A DNA stretch of 64,000 nt. Source: Euprymna scolopes. Lineage: Eukaryota. The notes under the pieces are model-generated. The model searched no databases. It saw nothing but the letters and a program-made list of their open reading frames with translations, and was not told the DNA's origin. Where the stretch lies: NCBI GenBank assembly GCA_053919585.1, contig CM132786.1; one strand, 5' to 3'. Shown here piece by piece: positions 37,870 through 51,250 of the stretch (position 1 is the stretch's first letter; each line of letters opens with the position of its first letter). The translations under genes and the position numbers were made by a program.

Positions 37870-39243
37870 TTTAAAATGTAATTATCCACATATATATAAA
37901 TACTTCTATAGGCAGTAGCTTTTAAGGCTTACACGATCTTCATTACATGGAATAAGGATTATTGTCGGTTGAATGCTTCGAGCCAGTTGCAAAGTAACTT
38001 TTAACGAATGTCGAGTGTAATGCGTTTGCTTCGTGTAGCCACACTTATTAGTCTTGAAATAGATGGGAACAATATATGTTTGTTTTATAAACCTGTAGTA
38101 CGAAAATATAACTCAACTTTTATAAACTTTTCCCCCCACATGACTAGCACCAAGCTGATTTCCATGGGCTCGCTTAGCAAATGCTCCCTGTCTGTATACA
38201 TAACTGGGCACAGCCTCCTTGACGGTGTTAAGCTTGTCTTCAAATCCAATGGTTCTTGTCATAAGCTTTCCTATTTGTAATCATTTAATTATTATTAGTA
38301 TTCCTTATCTATTGCTTTACAATCATGCTATCTCATTAAGCATTCACATCGAGTGGTGTTGACTTAAATAAATGGTGGCTCAGTAATAAAAAAAATGTTA
38401 TCAATATCTCCAACGAACGTATTAGTAGTAATAATATCATATACCAATGACAAAGATATACAGGGAAATTCGTTTTATATCTTAAGAGCTCCTCAGACGT
38501 ACTCGCTATAAGTATATTTTAAGATTAATATATAAATGCTGGAACATCAATGCCAAGGAATGTTTTAATACTTAGACACTTTGTACTCTTTAACAACTGT
38601 GGAGTGCGCAGTAGCGTGAACACTTAAGGAAAAGCCGAAACAAAATATAATATAATCTATTAATGAAAATAAAGTTTACAGGATTAAATCTTTTCTCAAA
38701 TAGAAGATTGCTTTCTGGGGGTAACTCTGAATAATCGGTAGATGTTGCTCAAATTCAGATAGACGATTTTCTTGATCAGTTAGACTTATAAATCAGACGT
38801 ATATTAAAGGTTCTCTTTGCAATACTTTACAAGAGAACCAACTAAAGTTATACGTATGCATTAATTACGTCTCTGTAAAACAGGGAAACACGCGTCTAAA
38901 CTAAAAAAACAATTATAGATCCTTAAAGTTCTATATATAAATACTAAAGAAAAATATCACCGTAACAATAATTCGCTATATGTGTATACACGTTACAGCT
39001 GTGATTTATGTATACCGACAGATAATGTGAAATTCTAACAGGATAATTATTGGAGAGTGGATGAAAAAAAAGGAAAAACTGAATAAGATTGAACCCGGTG
39101 CGTGCATTGTATGCATGTATCATTATAAAGAAAGGAATAAAGTATATTTCGTATCTACCATAATACTCCACCCCCGATTTTCTCTAGTTTTTTAATTCCA
39201 AGTAAACAGAAAATAATGTAAATAAAATGTTGGTACTTCGGTA

Positions 39244-40021
39244 GGTTTTCCGTGAGTTTCGCTCGGCAACGCCCGACGGAAACCGTCGGATTATACTGAG
39301 CGAACAGAAGTCAATTAAAAAAAAAATAGAAAGAAAAACAACCTACCGTAACAATTTCATAAATTTTACTGTTTTCTTTATTTTTTATAGCAACTGTTTT
39401 TATTTTCTGTTTTTTTGTTGTTTTTTGTGTAAGGGTTATAAGTTTCCTTTCTTTGAATTAATGAACAAATATATATTTTTTTGTTATGCTTGTGTATGGA
39501 ATGTTATTTTAATATTTTTACGACTTGCCCCAGTGTAGTATAAAACCCCTACATCCCCACATTAAAAAGGTCTTCGGAATAATCACCACAAAGCTCCCCA
39601 TGTTAAGAACGGCATTCGAGATTGGGGCGTTTATATCGAAAGTTGGCCTTAACATGGAGAAGTTTGGAGCTATTTATTCCGAAAGCCGTTCGTAATATGG
39701 CGACGTTGGGGTATTCATGCTACGCTGGGGCAGGTCTTAAAAAGTATCGTTATTTGCGACCTCCTCTCCATGTCCAGCGACCGGTATTCCTGACAAAACA
39801 CGTGGACCATTTCCGGAAACTTAAAAATTCCGACCTGGAAATATTCATTTTCCTTCGTTGTCACAAGAGTTGTTGCTTGAAGAAATGCAATGATACTCTG
39901 CCCTTTTTTCTCTTCTTTTCCTATTTAGACCCTTTCCATTTCATTTTTATTTCTTACAATTTTTACTCTGTATAATCCGCCGTTCGTCGGACGTTGCCGA
40001 ACGAGACTCAGGGAAAACGAG
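39244..40021. mobile_element. Non-autonomous DNA transposon with ~35-bp GC-rich TIRs
   Basis: GTTTTCCGTGAGTTTCGCTCGGCAACGCCCGACG is inverted at CGTCGGACGTTGCCGAACGAGACTCAGGGAAAAC. No transposase was recognised. Confidence 0.7.
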
Positions 40022-40421
40022 CTTTAAACTGCAAAAGTATCAACATGTTTAATCTGTCCTTGGGGCAGATCATACTGGTGACCTGAGAATGTTGATTTCG
40101 CCAAACGTGTACCATTCTCTACAAACGTGTATACAATTGTCATCATAATCTCCGCAAAAATGTATCTTTTAAACCAATTTAGTGCTGATTCCTTTGATGC
40201 TGTTTTTGTGGAGATTGCAAGATATTTGACCATATTGAAAATCTTGAAAAATGTATAAAATATTCTATTACAAGAAAATAAAGATAAAAATGGCAAAAAA
40301 GCAATGTCGGTAACTATTCTATACATTCACCAAAGCCTGTCATAATCACAATTAATAATTAATTAAAGGACATAAACACATAATTTATGTAGTACGCATA
40401 AGAATGAAATCAACCTAAGTA

Positions 40422-40643
40422 CTGCTTTCCGGCTGACTACAATATGGTTGTGTTCAAGTCTAAAGTAAATAAGTTCTTGATGAGCCGTTCCATATAAGTT
40501 ATTAAATTTACCAAATTTTCATTACTAATGATTACTATATTGACCAATTTCTACTGTACACTCTTTAACCCTTATCCTTGAGTGGCCTCTGGGCCTTGAT
40601 AATGTGGTGATGCCTTTGTAAAAAAAAAAAAAAAAAAAAAAAA
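40422..40643 (+). mobile_element. Short 3' end of the CR1/L2-group LINE with long poly(A)
   Basis: Reverse-complement match to 13945-14145, ending in a pure A tract. Confidence 0.9.
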
Positions 40644-40701
40644 GTATTTTAGTTTTCAGATTTATAATGCTTTTAGATCAAGATATTTCTTTTATATTAT
40701 A

Positions 40702-41303
40702 CTTGCGAGGGGTACCCGGCGTTGCCCGGGTGTTTGTAGGTGTGTGTGAAAAAAAACGAAGAAAAACAGGTGCCCGTGAAAAAAAAAACGAAGCCTTGAT
40801 AACGCGCAGTTGAAAAATTGTAAAGTGTAAAAAAAAAAAAAAACAGGTGTGCGTTTTTGATTGACGTGACGGCGATAAGTATTCAGCAGTTAGCATTTTG
40901 TGCGGGACAATTTTTAATGAGGTCAATAAATCGGTTTGTTTGTTTTTAAAAACCCGCTCTCTGTTTATTAGGGGAAAGCTACCGTCTGATATGACGAAGT
41001 CGACATTGACCAAACGTTACTTAGCTCTCTAGAGACTACTGGCTTTCGGTCAGTGATTAGGTTCGAGTTTCGCTTTTTGTTTATACCGAAAACCGAATGT
41101 AACGCGTGCCGATGCGGGAAATGTCGAATAATTAACTGTGTAAAAGTCAATAAAATTAAATAGACAGGCGAGCTCCGTGGTTAAATGTGAGATATTACAA
41201 TTTATAGATGATATAAAAAGTTTTAAGAAGTTGTGAAGCGAGCGCTTCTCTGAAAGAAGCCTTTTGTGGACATCGAGGAAACGCGTACATACATACATTT
41301 TCG

Positions 41304-41363
<60 letters not shown>
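40702..41363 (-). mobile_element. Non-autonomous Helitron: H1-type 3' end on a different body
   Basis: CCCGGCGTTGCCCGGG hairpin with the CTAG decayed to CTTG. The 5' end is TC(TA)n AAAAGCG. Confidence 0.75.
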
Positions 41364-42650
41364 TGTCTTTTAGACATTCTTGTTGTAATCGTGGGTGCAC
41401 TAAGATCAAATATGGCGAGGTCAATTTAGATTCCCAGTTTGGCTTTTCCAGTTCGGCGTTGAGAACGTAATTATAACCATAAGTAAGGTGTCTAATAAAG
41501 TGTTCACATTTTGTGCGAAATAATTGAAAGTTTTTTTGTTTTTTTTAAGTAGTTATGGTTAATTTTCTCATTCTAGCTGAAAAAAACTTTAGGTTTGGGA
41601 TCCAATTAGATAAGGGAACAGCGCTACAAGCATTATGGCACTCATTAAAACACTAATAATTTTTATTATGAAAATCGTTCATAGAACGTATGCAGTCAGT
41701 TTATGTAAGAAGCTAATTTATGCTATTCAAGGTCAAAAACTAAAGATTAGATCAATAGGTTTCTAATTAAAAGCCAACAACTCTTCTCGTTTTGTCAGAA
41801 AACCTTTCTATGAAGCGAGAAAAAAACATGCAAAATTTCGAAAATGTAATACATAGAAACGTTTACTAAAACTGTAATATCCAAAATGCTATGTAGAATG
41901 ATACTTAAGTATAGTATTTTTGTAACAAAGCGTTCATGGGAAAATATAATCAAGAGCTTTACGATAACTGGGTTGAGAGGATATTAGCAGCAGTAGTTGT
42001 AAAAAAAAAGCACATATTCAAATTGGGAAGCTTGCACGACAAGAAAAAGAAAAAATGACCACCACGTGCTAGGGAGAAAAAGCAGTGTGGTTGAAAAAGG
42101 TGGGCGTTTAAATGGGAAGACGAGAACAGGCTGCCTACGGCCGAGCAGAGAAGAAAAATAAAACCCTACATTATTTGGAAAGTAATGGAAATATATGTGC
42201 TTTGTTCTAAAACAGAAAGAAAAGCCGAGTCGTATTAAGTTTTGTTTGCTTGTTCCTTTTTGATGGTGCCGTACAAAGTGGGGGTTCGGAAGAGGTTTGA
42301 ATATTAACGAGCACGGTTCAAGCGTAACAGCCACGTTACATTTCCTTCGATTTTGGTTGATATAAATTGGTTCGTTTTTTTTTTGTTTTTTTTTAGGAGG
42401 CAATACTTACAAGTTATCGGAGGTTTTATATTCCGTACCCCTGTCCTTATTTTTTACAGAACATCGTATATCTCACATCCAAAATAACTCGTTAAAAATT
42501 TAAAAATATGAAAAAAAAATTCCGAATTATGTCAAAAGAATCGCCTACTCAAAATTCGCAAGAAACAGTATACACTTTGGTCGGCTTCCTGATAGTAAAC
42601 TCCATCATATTATAATTGCCAACGCATTTAAGTTTTACAAATATATTAAA

Positions 42651-43057
42651 CTAGCATGGGTGCCCGGCGTTCCCCGGTTGTTTGGAGGTGTATGCTGAGC
42701 AAAAAAAAAAAAAAAGAAAACGGTCAATTTTTTTTTTAATTTGACCCCTATTAGGACCCCTTAACATTTATAGTTTTGGGATCAGATCAAGTTATTAAGA
42801 TAGATCCATGTCCAAGGAACCAATCTAAAATTTAAAGTGTTTAGACACCCCAAAAGTTCTCAAAGGTCAACTCGTTGAACTTTGACTCCTTAACAGCCAA
42901 ATTTCTGGCTTAAAACCGATCACATAGATTTTTCCAAATCTCAGTACTTTGTATATCAAATTTCGAGTTTGTAGACTAAAAACTGACAGTTATTGCCTAG
43001 GGAAATGTACAAGGACAGACAGGCACACATACACATTCACTTTTATAGATATATAGA
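42651..43057 (-). mobile_element. Non-autonomous Helitron family H1
   Basis: A|CTAG, CCCGGCGTTCCCCGG hairpin, H1 body, intact 5' TC (…ATATAGA|T). Confidence 0.9.
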
Positions 43058-44032
43058 TTAGTTAAAGTGCATAAGAGTTTAAAAAACTCCCCTTCTCTAT
43101 GTTAAGTATGTATTTTTTTAAATATTAAAATAATAATAATAATAATAATAATATTTTATCAATGTCAGTGAAGTGGGGATGATTTATACCGCCATTTTAA
43201 AGATTCAACTATTCTGTACTTTCGTCTTATAATTTAGTAAATTCATAAATAAAATTAGAACAGAGCTTTGCAAACCGCGACAGTGAAAGAATCGAATCAG
43301 AATGACATTAATGTTAGGAAGTGATTTTGAACAGGCGCTGTTTACTGTGCACTTCGATTTGAATTTTTATCTAGTTTGGTTCGATAAATAAGCATTGGTA
43401 ATATGTCTACTACGATTTTTATACTTTATTGCTTAACGTATTGTACAACAGTAACAAAGATCAGTTACTGCCATAACATTAAATGTCTACGTTCATAGTT
43501 AGGAATTTCTCTAAGAATAATACACTCAAGAGTTCTGGGCGTAAATAGAAAAATGTTTAAACGAAAAGGAAGCAAAGTCAACTAAGAAAGTGAGGAAGGC
43601 ATTTTTTATCGTGCAAAACATTCATATCATATCCACTTTATTCTCCATCCCATACCCGACATATTTAATGCCGCTTTCGTCTGTTCCCTCATCCCTACAC
43701 ATACGTTCAGACACACTGTTGCATCCCTCCCAGCGTGTCGCCTCTTTATTCCTCATCCGTTACATCCTCATTACCACCCATTGTTAATCCTACGCGTTCG
43801 TTATCTCGCGAACGCCCTCGACTATCCTCTGACCCATTCACAATCAGACAAGACATTGTACAGCTTGCGCCCCCATTCACCAGCGTTGCGAAGACAGTCG
43901 CACCCTCGCTCACAGAAAACAGCTCCACCCGATTTTGTAGCGTTTCCTGCGCTCGCTGTTACTTGACTTCTGCTTACAAACAAAACAAGTGCGAAAAAAC
44001 TGCAGAGCCTCTATAACTTGAGAATATGTGCG

Positions 44033-44072
<40 letters not shown>

Positions 44073-45465
44073 GTGTGTGTGTGAGAGGGGAAAGGAGAGA
44101 GAAAAAGATCTATGTGTGGAAATACTGAGTCATGAAACGACGCAACGGCTCTATATGGATAGTGTTCTCATTTGTTCTCGTATATATTGATTCATACAAA
44201 CGTTATTTGCTCAGATGACTACCGATAACCGAAAAAAAAGACGAGCAATTACTCTTCTGTGGGGAAAATATTTTCTCTTACTTGATTTCGAAGTCTGTTT
44301 TGTACTTTGTTAAGGCGGCACAATGTACTGTCATTTGTACCTCCTGAACAATGCTCTATCGTAATACTATCATGCTTTCATAAATGTAGAGACTTGTCAG
44401 GACTGTGGTAATTTCTGGTACGATAAAAGTATCTAATCATTTCTAGCGACTGTATGTCAGGTCTAGAACGATGCATTCATAAAACTGTAAAACTACGTAT
44501 TGTCAAATGTACAATCTGGTGTGCTAAACGGATTCAAAAATGCAGAATTAAAGCTTAAATAGGCCAAGGATTTTTAATTGTATTGCTAAGAATTTTAGTC
44601 AAAATTTGTTATCCCTAAAAAATTAAAAAAAAAACGTTTTGTGTTTTGAAATATACGTTTAGATTTAATACTATTTGAACAAGTTCGGCTGCGTTTTCGT
44701 CTTCACTTTGGTTAGCACTGCGTTTCTGCCGATATAAACTCCAACCTTCTTTAGGTGAATCGTGTCTTATTCGGAGGCCTGGCAGGGAATTTCAAGGAAA
44801 CACTGTTTTACTACCTGTTGATAGCTTGCTATTGCTCAATTGGCCATGGTCGAGAGGTCATCTCAGGTTATTGGAAATTGAACAGTTGGATTCTCTAACA
44901 CTAAAGTTTGAACCTTTAAACTCTAGAAAATGTCACTTTAAATTATATTTTACTAAGAATCTTAAACGTTACACTACAGGTCCATGTGCATACGTCGGTT
45001 TGCAACTTTCTTTGACAATCTATACTGTATTGTTGAACACTTTTCTAACAGCACTATTAAAGCGGTAGAACAACTGGATCAGGGTATTATCAAATGGTCT
45101 CTTTTCCACATTCGTTGATAGTTGAGTCTTGTTTTTTTAACGTAAGTAGTTTTCAAGGTCTGAAAACTACTCGAGAATAATTATAATTGAATGTACGCTG
45201 GTCACCACGCCAGCAGCGTAGTGATCGTTAGTGGAGGAAATATAATATATAAAAGGCTATATGTCTGTCTGTCTCCATATTTCCAAACTTTATCTCTACC
45301 GAAACTAAACGTCGCAGTCGTTGGTTGCATTTTTATAGACCGTTTTTTTATGGGCCTTAAGCAGATTAAAATAATTTTTAAGGGATCAAAACAGGGTCCA
45401 GCTGGAAAAAAAACGTCATAACTTTTGTTCATCCTACTTAATTACTTTTTAATACAATTTATGTG

Positions 45466-45548
45466 TGTGTCACATTGGTACAGTGGTAACATCACCAGTT
45501 TTGAATGCTACAGTTTTGCTTTCGGTTTCGATTCTAGCTGATGACACC
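45466..45548 (+). pseudogene. tRNA-like relic (possibly Gln-TTG derived)
   Basis: GTGTCA/TGACAC flanking stem, A box TGGTACAGTGG, TTTGAA loop, B-box-like GTTTCGATTC. Confidence 0.45.
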
Positions 45549-45583
45549 TGATATTGTTTTTTTTTAACTTTTGAAATCCCGAC

Positions 45584-45740
45584 TCTATAATATATACGAA
45601 ATCTGGACGAATCATAGTTAAGCGTATTTTACGGGCGGGCCCTCTCCCACCCGCTAATAATATATACGAAAGCTGGACAAATTAAAATATATTTAAGCAT
45701 ATTTTACAACCGAGCAAAGCCGGGCGCCCCCTCCCATAAG
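45584..45740 (+). mobile_element. Head-to-tail pair of ~75-bp mini-Helitrons
   Basis: ATAATATATACGAAA.CTGGAC...TTAAGC.TATTTTAC occurs twice, each followed by a GC hairpin (GCGGG...CCCGC; CCGAGCAAAGCCGG). Confidence 0.6.
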
Positions 45741-45759
45741 TTGGGTATAATTTGATTAT

Positions 45760-46122
45760 TTAAGGGCTCAGAAACAATAACGTTTTTATATTCGACTTGA
45801 AAAAGATAATATTGTAGTCCGCCAGAAAGTAGGTTAACGGAACAGAATTCCACAGGCTGAAGTTGTAGGAAATAAGCTTTGTTCCTAGAATACTTGTTTA
45901 AATTTAGCCAAGGATTGAAAGTGGATTTGGCTGTAGCCAGTCGAGTATTTTTATTGGAAGTTTAACAAATGGAGCAATCATAGTGAAATTTAGACAAGCA
46001 TCTGCCATGAATGATAAAGCAGTGACAGGCTGATAACGTCTCTTCTGTGAGATAAGAGGTTGCAAAAAAGCGAAAAGGGAATTACCTACTAGGTCTCTAA
46101 GCCGGTTTTGAACTTTGTCTTA
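45760..46122 (-). mobile_element. CR1/L2-group LINE fragment (diverged)
   Basis: DKVQNRLRDLVGNSLFAFLQPLISQ(K)RR.. and the LWNSVP..F.ADYN region on the minus strand. Confidence 0.8.
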
Positions 46123-46315
46123 GAAGTGTACGCCTGTGGAACTCTGTTCCGTCAGCCTGTTTCCCACCTGACTACAACTTGGATGTCTTCAAGTCCAACA
46201 TAAACAAATTCCTGATGAATTGACCCCTTAAGAAGACACTTTATCAAATCTCAACATTACTTATCCCCGAGTGGCTTCCGGGCATTGATAAGTGTTGACT
46301 ACCTTTTAAAAAAAA
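46123..46315 (+). mobile_element. CR1/L2-group LINE 3' end
   Basis: RLWNSVPSACFPPDYNLDVFKSNINKFL, then a CTTATC...GATAAG 3' stem-loop and an A tail. Confidence 0.82.
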
Positions 46316-46873
46316 CAAAACAATACGGCCCTCCTTTCCAGATGTGGCTACATCACTACATCCTAGGACGTACTCTAGGTAGAGGATTGAATCTGATCTT
46401 ATTGGCAGAATAATCCAATCATTTTACAACCCTATTTAACTATAAAAAAGTTTTGGTCGCCCCTTCCTCGTTTTCAAGCAGTTCAATGTTTTCCATAGAA
46501 TCCAGGGTGCTTATCGTTCAGAAAGGAGGTCCTTAGAAGTTGGAGATTTCAAATAAGTTGAGAAGCTAAAATCTTGTTAAACGTTATTGATAGGTTTGGC
46601 CGCATATAATGAAAAACATAAAAAAACGTAAAAGAAAATCCACCAAATCTGTACAATCTGCACGTTCTCACGCTGCTATTGATTTCCATAAGTGCTTCTA
46701 ATTCATTCAAACCGCACTGCTGCATATCTTTTTGAACGTTTTTACATCGCTTTTTTATACTCATGTCAGTCACGCTGGACATCTGGCAATAATTACAGTA
46801 GGCATTCGGCTGTAAAATAAATATAGATGATGGAACTACCTCCATTATGATCGGTACTTAGTGCTGACATGAG

Positions 46874-46924
<51 letters not shown>

Positions 46925-47093
46925 GAGAGAGATTTGTATAATCAATACCTTTCTACCGAACCCTCAGCTAACGATCGAATATTTGTATTCTTGCGATTTA
47001 TATAATTAACCATTTAGGAACGAAAATATTTCTTAGTAAAATATTATGGAAAATCGGTCAGATAAACTACATCTTATCGGACGAAACTCGCGT

Positions 47094-47104
47094 CTCTCTG
47101 TTTT

Positions 47105-47170
<66 letters not shown>

Positions 47171-47510
47171 CCGTCTCTATTTATTCTCTTCTCTCTTCTA
47201 CTGTCTTACCCCCTCCCTATTTATCTGCCTTGCTCTATCTCTTTCCTGCCTCTCTTCCCTGCGTTTTCCTTTTCCCTGTCTAGTCTTTACTGTCTCTTTT
47301 CTTTCGAGTCGCCTCTCTCTCTCTCTCATTTCTTGCCCCTGTCTCTCTTTCTCTATCTCCACCCGCTTTGTATTTCATCAAACTCTCATGCTTGTTCCAT
47401 ATGTCTAACGTTTTACTCCTTTGAAGTTTTATTCCCATTTGCCTTATCTCTCTTTATCTCTACCTTCGTGTTTCCGCGTTTTCTTTTTTCTCTTTCTCAC
47501 CCATCTCTTT
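47094..47510. repeat. (CT)n microsatellite and polypyrimidine low-complexity tract
   Basis: Pure (CT)n at ~47108-47167 grading into about 350 bp of C/T-rich sequence. Confidence 0.9.
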
Positions 47511-47535
47511 TGGTGACACCTTACATTTAACCATA

Positions 47536-47589
<54 letters not shown>

Positions 47590-48680
47590 TCCGTTTAATT
47601 TTGTTGATATATAAAATAAAGGAAACTGGCAACTATAAATGACAAATCTGTCATCAATGTAAATGATGTTCCCATTTATTTTCTCGTATTTTCGCAAATA
47701 CGAAAAATAAGAAAACTAAATAATACTTACCGTGAGATAGTTTGATAAGAAGCACGTGTTAGTATCTGATATAACAACACCTCATCGCCGTTTGCGATAA
47801 AAGTTCACCATTTCTTCGTCTTTCTCTGTAAACAAGTAGCTGTGTGTAGAACAGCTTCTGCTTTACCGTAAAATGGTGGTCAGAGAAACTGGAAAAATCT
47901 CTTCCGGGTTTACTATAATTTAATGTTGGTAAAAAGCACAGGGATTTTCGACTGAGCATTGATAAAGAGGCCAGAGTTTAGTAGACAATGTAATAAGTAT
48001 TAGGTTAGAAATATTTTAGGAACCCAGTCTAAATATATGTAGGTATATATTTTTAATGTATTAGATAGCCTTCACGAATTATGGTATTCTATATGTCATA
48101 CACACGGCATACATATCTAATCACATTGTTAAAATGGATCTACGATGCTTCTATTGAGGACACTGCCGCTTATACACAATTACACAAGAGTTTTTTTTAA
48201 AAATAAACTCATGAAATAATCGATTCTTTTAATGCAACGAATATTTATTTTTGTTATTTTACTACGATTCTTACTGTAATTTATAGAATCATTACTATTT
48301 TTTCAGATAAATAAAATATCTAATTTAGCATAGTTTTTTATGTGAATATTTCTGACAAAACATGTCCAAATGTGGTATCTTAAAAGTACTTGGATTTGAT
48401 AGAAAATTTCATATCTAATTTTATTTAAATTTCTCTGGATGCATGCAGAAGGTCACACATTACGTTTATTAGGTACTGTACAAGGATTAATACGCCCTGG
48501 CTAATAAAGATGTCTCGTTATTGAGCGTGAAAACTAACACACTCACATAGGTTAGGGCAATCCCTTGGAAGGTAGACCTCTTGAAACTCAACGAGACAAT
48601 GATTAGACAGAGATGCGAAGGACTTCCGCTTGCACCATCTTGATCAATATGGTATTCTGTTACAATTTACATATATAATT

Positions 48681-48839
48681 GGGGCTATGACAAGAGAATA
48701 TTCTTATTGTTTTGACTCTCAAGTATATATCCGACACAGTTCGAGAACCATATCACTTTATCAAAAACCTATAAGATATCAACTGATATATATACTCGAG
48801 TCAAAATAATGAAAAGAATATTCTCTTGTCATAGACCTA
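48681..48839. mobile_element. MITE family M1, best-preserved copy
   Basis: CTATGACAAGAGAATATTCTT / AAGAATATTCTCTTGTCATAG perfect inverted match, extended by TTTTGACTC/GAGTCAAAA. Confidence 0.88.
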
Positions 48840-49799
48840 TACTTAATGTTTCGACATTCATATAAGGCAAACATATGTGTCTATTTTATATATGTTCCGT
48901 TCTCTTTGATTGTCTGAATATTGATCCGCGTCGTCTTAATTAATAGACTGAATTAATGATTTATTTTCGGATGAGTGAAGTGGTTACATCACAATTCGCG
49001 CTCTAATATAAACTGCCTTATTTCACAGAAGGTGTCGAGTGTATTGATTGCTTTTGAGACGATGGGCGTTCCCTTAATGTCACCACATCCGTGTACTACT
49101 ATAATATATAGCATATTTTAACAACTTCAAACTAGCAAAGTTGATTATGTATCTCATTGAGGAGTTCTGTTGTAGGTTGCATAATCATTATTGAAGATTA
49201 CATTTTTTCGCCAGACTTACATTAGTGATTTCTCTTTGCGTTATTTTCCTTTTTTAAAACCAATATAAAAAATATACGCAATATGTAATTGTAAAGTAAT
49301 TGTATATTGCCTCTTACTGTTTTAGAAAAAAAAGGCTTAATAGACAATCTTCACATGAAAATACGAATAGCAAAACTATATGTGTTGGTTATTGAGATAT
49401 AATTTTATAACCATAAAGTGATATTTAAAAACAGAAAATTATACATATTAACAATCTGTTTCCAATTGCTATTGTTAATCGTGACCACTAATTTATTAAT
49501 CAGCTATGAAGTTCACATTTCATAGTACATAATTATTTGGATCTTCAGCGATATTGTCTGTTTTTGTTTTCTATTTTCCTATTATTGGTTTTGACTAATA
49601 GAAATAGAAACTAAAGAGGAAAAATGAGAGACAGAACATGAATAATCTCACCTCTTAGTATTTTAATCAATATTTGACTAAGAAAATTTATTCGTTGGCG
49701 GAATTCATGAATAACTCTGACATACAAGAAGTATAACTCCCACTGATTTTAAATGAACTTAACAATTAAACTTCAATAAAATGCAAATTGTTTAGTTTC

Positions 49800-50445
49800 A
49801 TTGGATGATCTATAAAAATAGAGTGGACCTGTAAATTCCCCCTTGTCTGTTCGTCTGTCTGCATTTTTCTCAATAACAAAGCCTTGGAATTTTAAAAAAA
49901 TTGCGCAAACATTAAACATATTAGTAAAAACAAGTAAAAAAAACGGATTGTCCGGGAAAACCCTGGTTGCCTTCCTAAGGGTGCCTTTCGGGTTAAAATC
50001 GCAAAAATTGACACTTTCGTGGTTCTTAAAAAAGTTGATGCCTAAGATTTTTTAAAGCTTTCTGAAAAGTTGTAAAAAAACTGATTTCTTTATCATTTTA
50101 CTTGTCTATACTCAGCGATAACTCTTGTGTGTGCCCCATGGGCTCTTATAGGGCTAATCAAACTCTCCAATTTTTAGACTAATTTATCATATTTGTCCAA
50201 AATGTTCTGTATATGTCTATTTAGCAGTTTCCTAAAGTGTTGGACTCAAATTTAAATATGTTAAGGCCTTGGTGGCCTATGGGGCTAAATGGGAGGGACA
50301 AATGATGGACATAGTAATTTATTTTTTGACACGGTGCAGAACTCAAATTTACATATGTTAAGGCCTAAAATTGCACCGTTTGTTCATTTTCAATAGAATT
50401 TATACGTCCCCTAGGGACTTTTGGGACTAAATGGATGGCCTTGCT
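49800..50445 (+). mobile_element. HINE family 2, copy 1
   Basis: Collinear reverse complement of 63360-63975, with a (GTCT)n-like tract near the 5' end and a duplicated ACTCAAATTTA.ATATGTTAAGGCC. Confidence 0.8.
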
Positions 50446-50965
50446 GCATAATAATGATATAAGTTGTATTTTCTTTATATTTCTTGCATATTAAAATTTA
50501 TTTTTTTAAGTAATAATAGTAAAGAGAAAACATCATGCTCCATTATTTCCTACTCGTGCTTTTGTCTTAAATTTCAGCAATGATTGTTATATGTATTTTC
50601 CTCGTACTTTTCGCAATTTCTCTGGCTTTTTCCACTTGCTTTTATTTCCTATGCCAAATACTTCAAGCGAACGGCTGACACCCGCATGCGCAAGAGATAA
50701 CCCGTTTACAATTCGTCGTCTATGCAGAAAAGATGAATGGTTGAAGCCTTAATATTACAGCACTTAACTCTATTTCTCGCTTTCTAAATCTCTCGTTATA
50801 ATTTTATCAGTATCCCAGGAGATCAGTGAAAAAGATTTACACACTTTCCGTCAACTATCGCGCATTTAGTGATATCTTTCCCATTTCCGAATTTCAAAAT
50901 AATATATAAAATAAAAGGAAAATACTAGCGGCTAAAACTCTATTTACAAATAGTACCATTAAATG

Positions 50966-51250
50966 TATGTGTTCGTCCGACGAAACGACAAGGACCATCT
51001 GATCATCCTATAGGGTAGGGTGGGGGGAAGAATCATCATCGGTGAGTACGGATATGGCTGATAAGCCCAATCTCTGCTTGAAAAGTTCTATTGCAGTGGG
51101 AACTCTGAATCATAGATGTCGAGGGTTTCAAAATGTTGTCCTTTCTGCGCTTCTCTGTAGTAACCTTTCGGTAGCTTTCATATTTGCAGGCGCCCTCATG
51201 AACAGCAGCCCGCCACTTGGCTCTATCTAAAGCGGTCTGCTCCCATGATG
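50966..51250 (-). mobile_element. RTE (BovB-like) LINE 3' fragment
   Basis: WEQTALDRAKWRAAVHEGACKYESYRK...HCNRTFQAEIGLISHIRTHR* matches the RTE-BovB ORF C-terminus (W..A.DR..WR plus terminal C2H2-like finger), followed by a short 3' UTR. Confidence 0.85.

Noticed and set aside
41050-41424. ORFs with IYIYIY, SLSLSL or CVCV runs (here and elsewhere)
   Set aside because: These are translations of (TA)n, (CT)n and (TG)n microsatellites.
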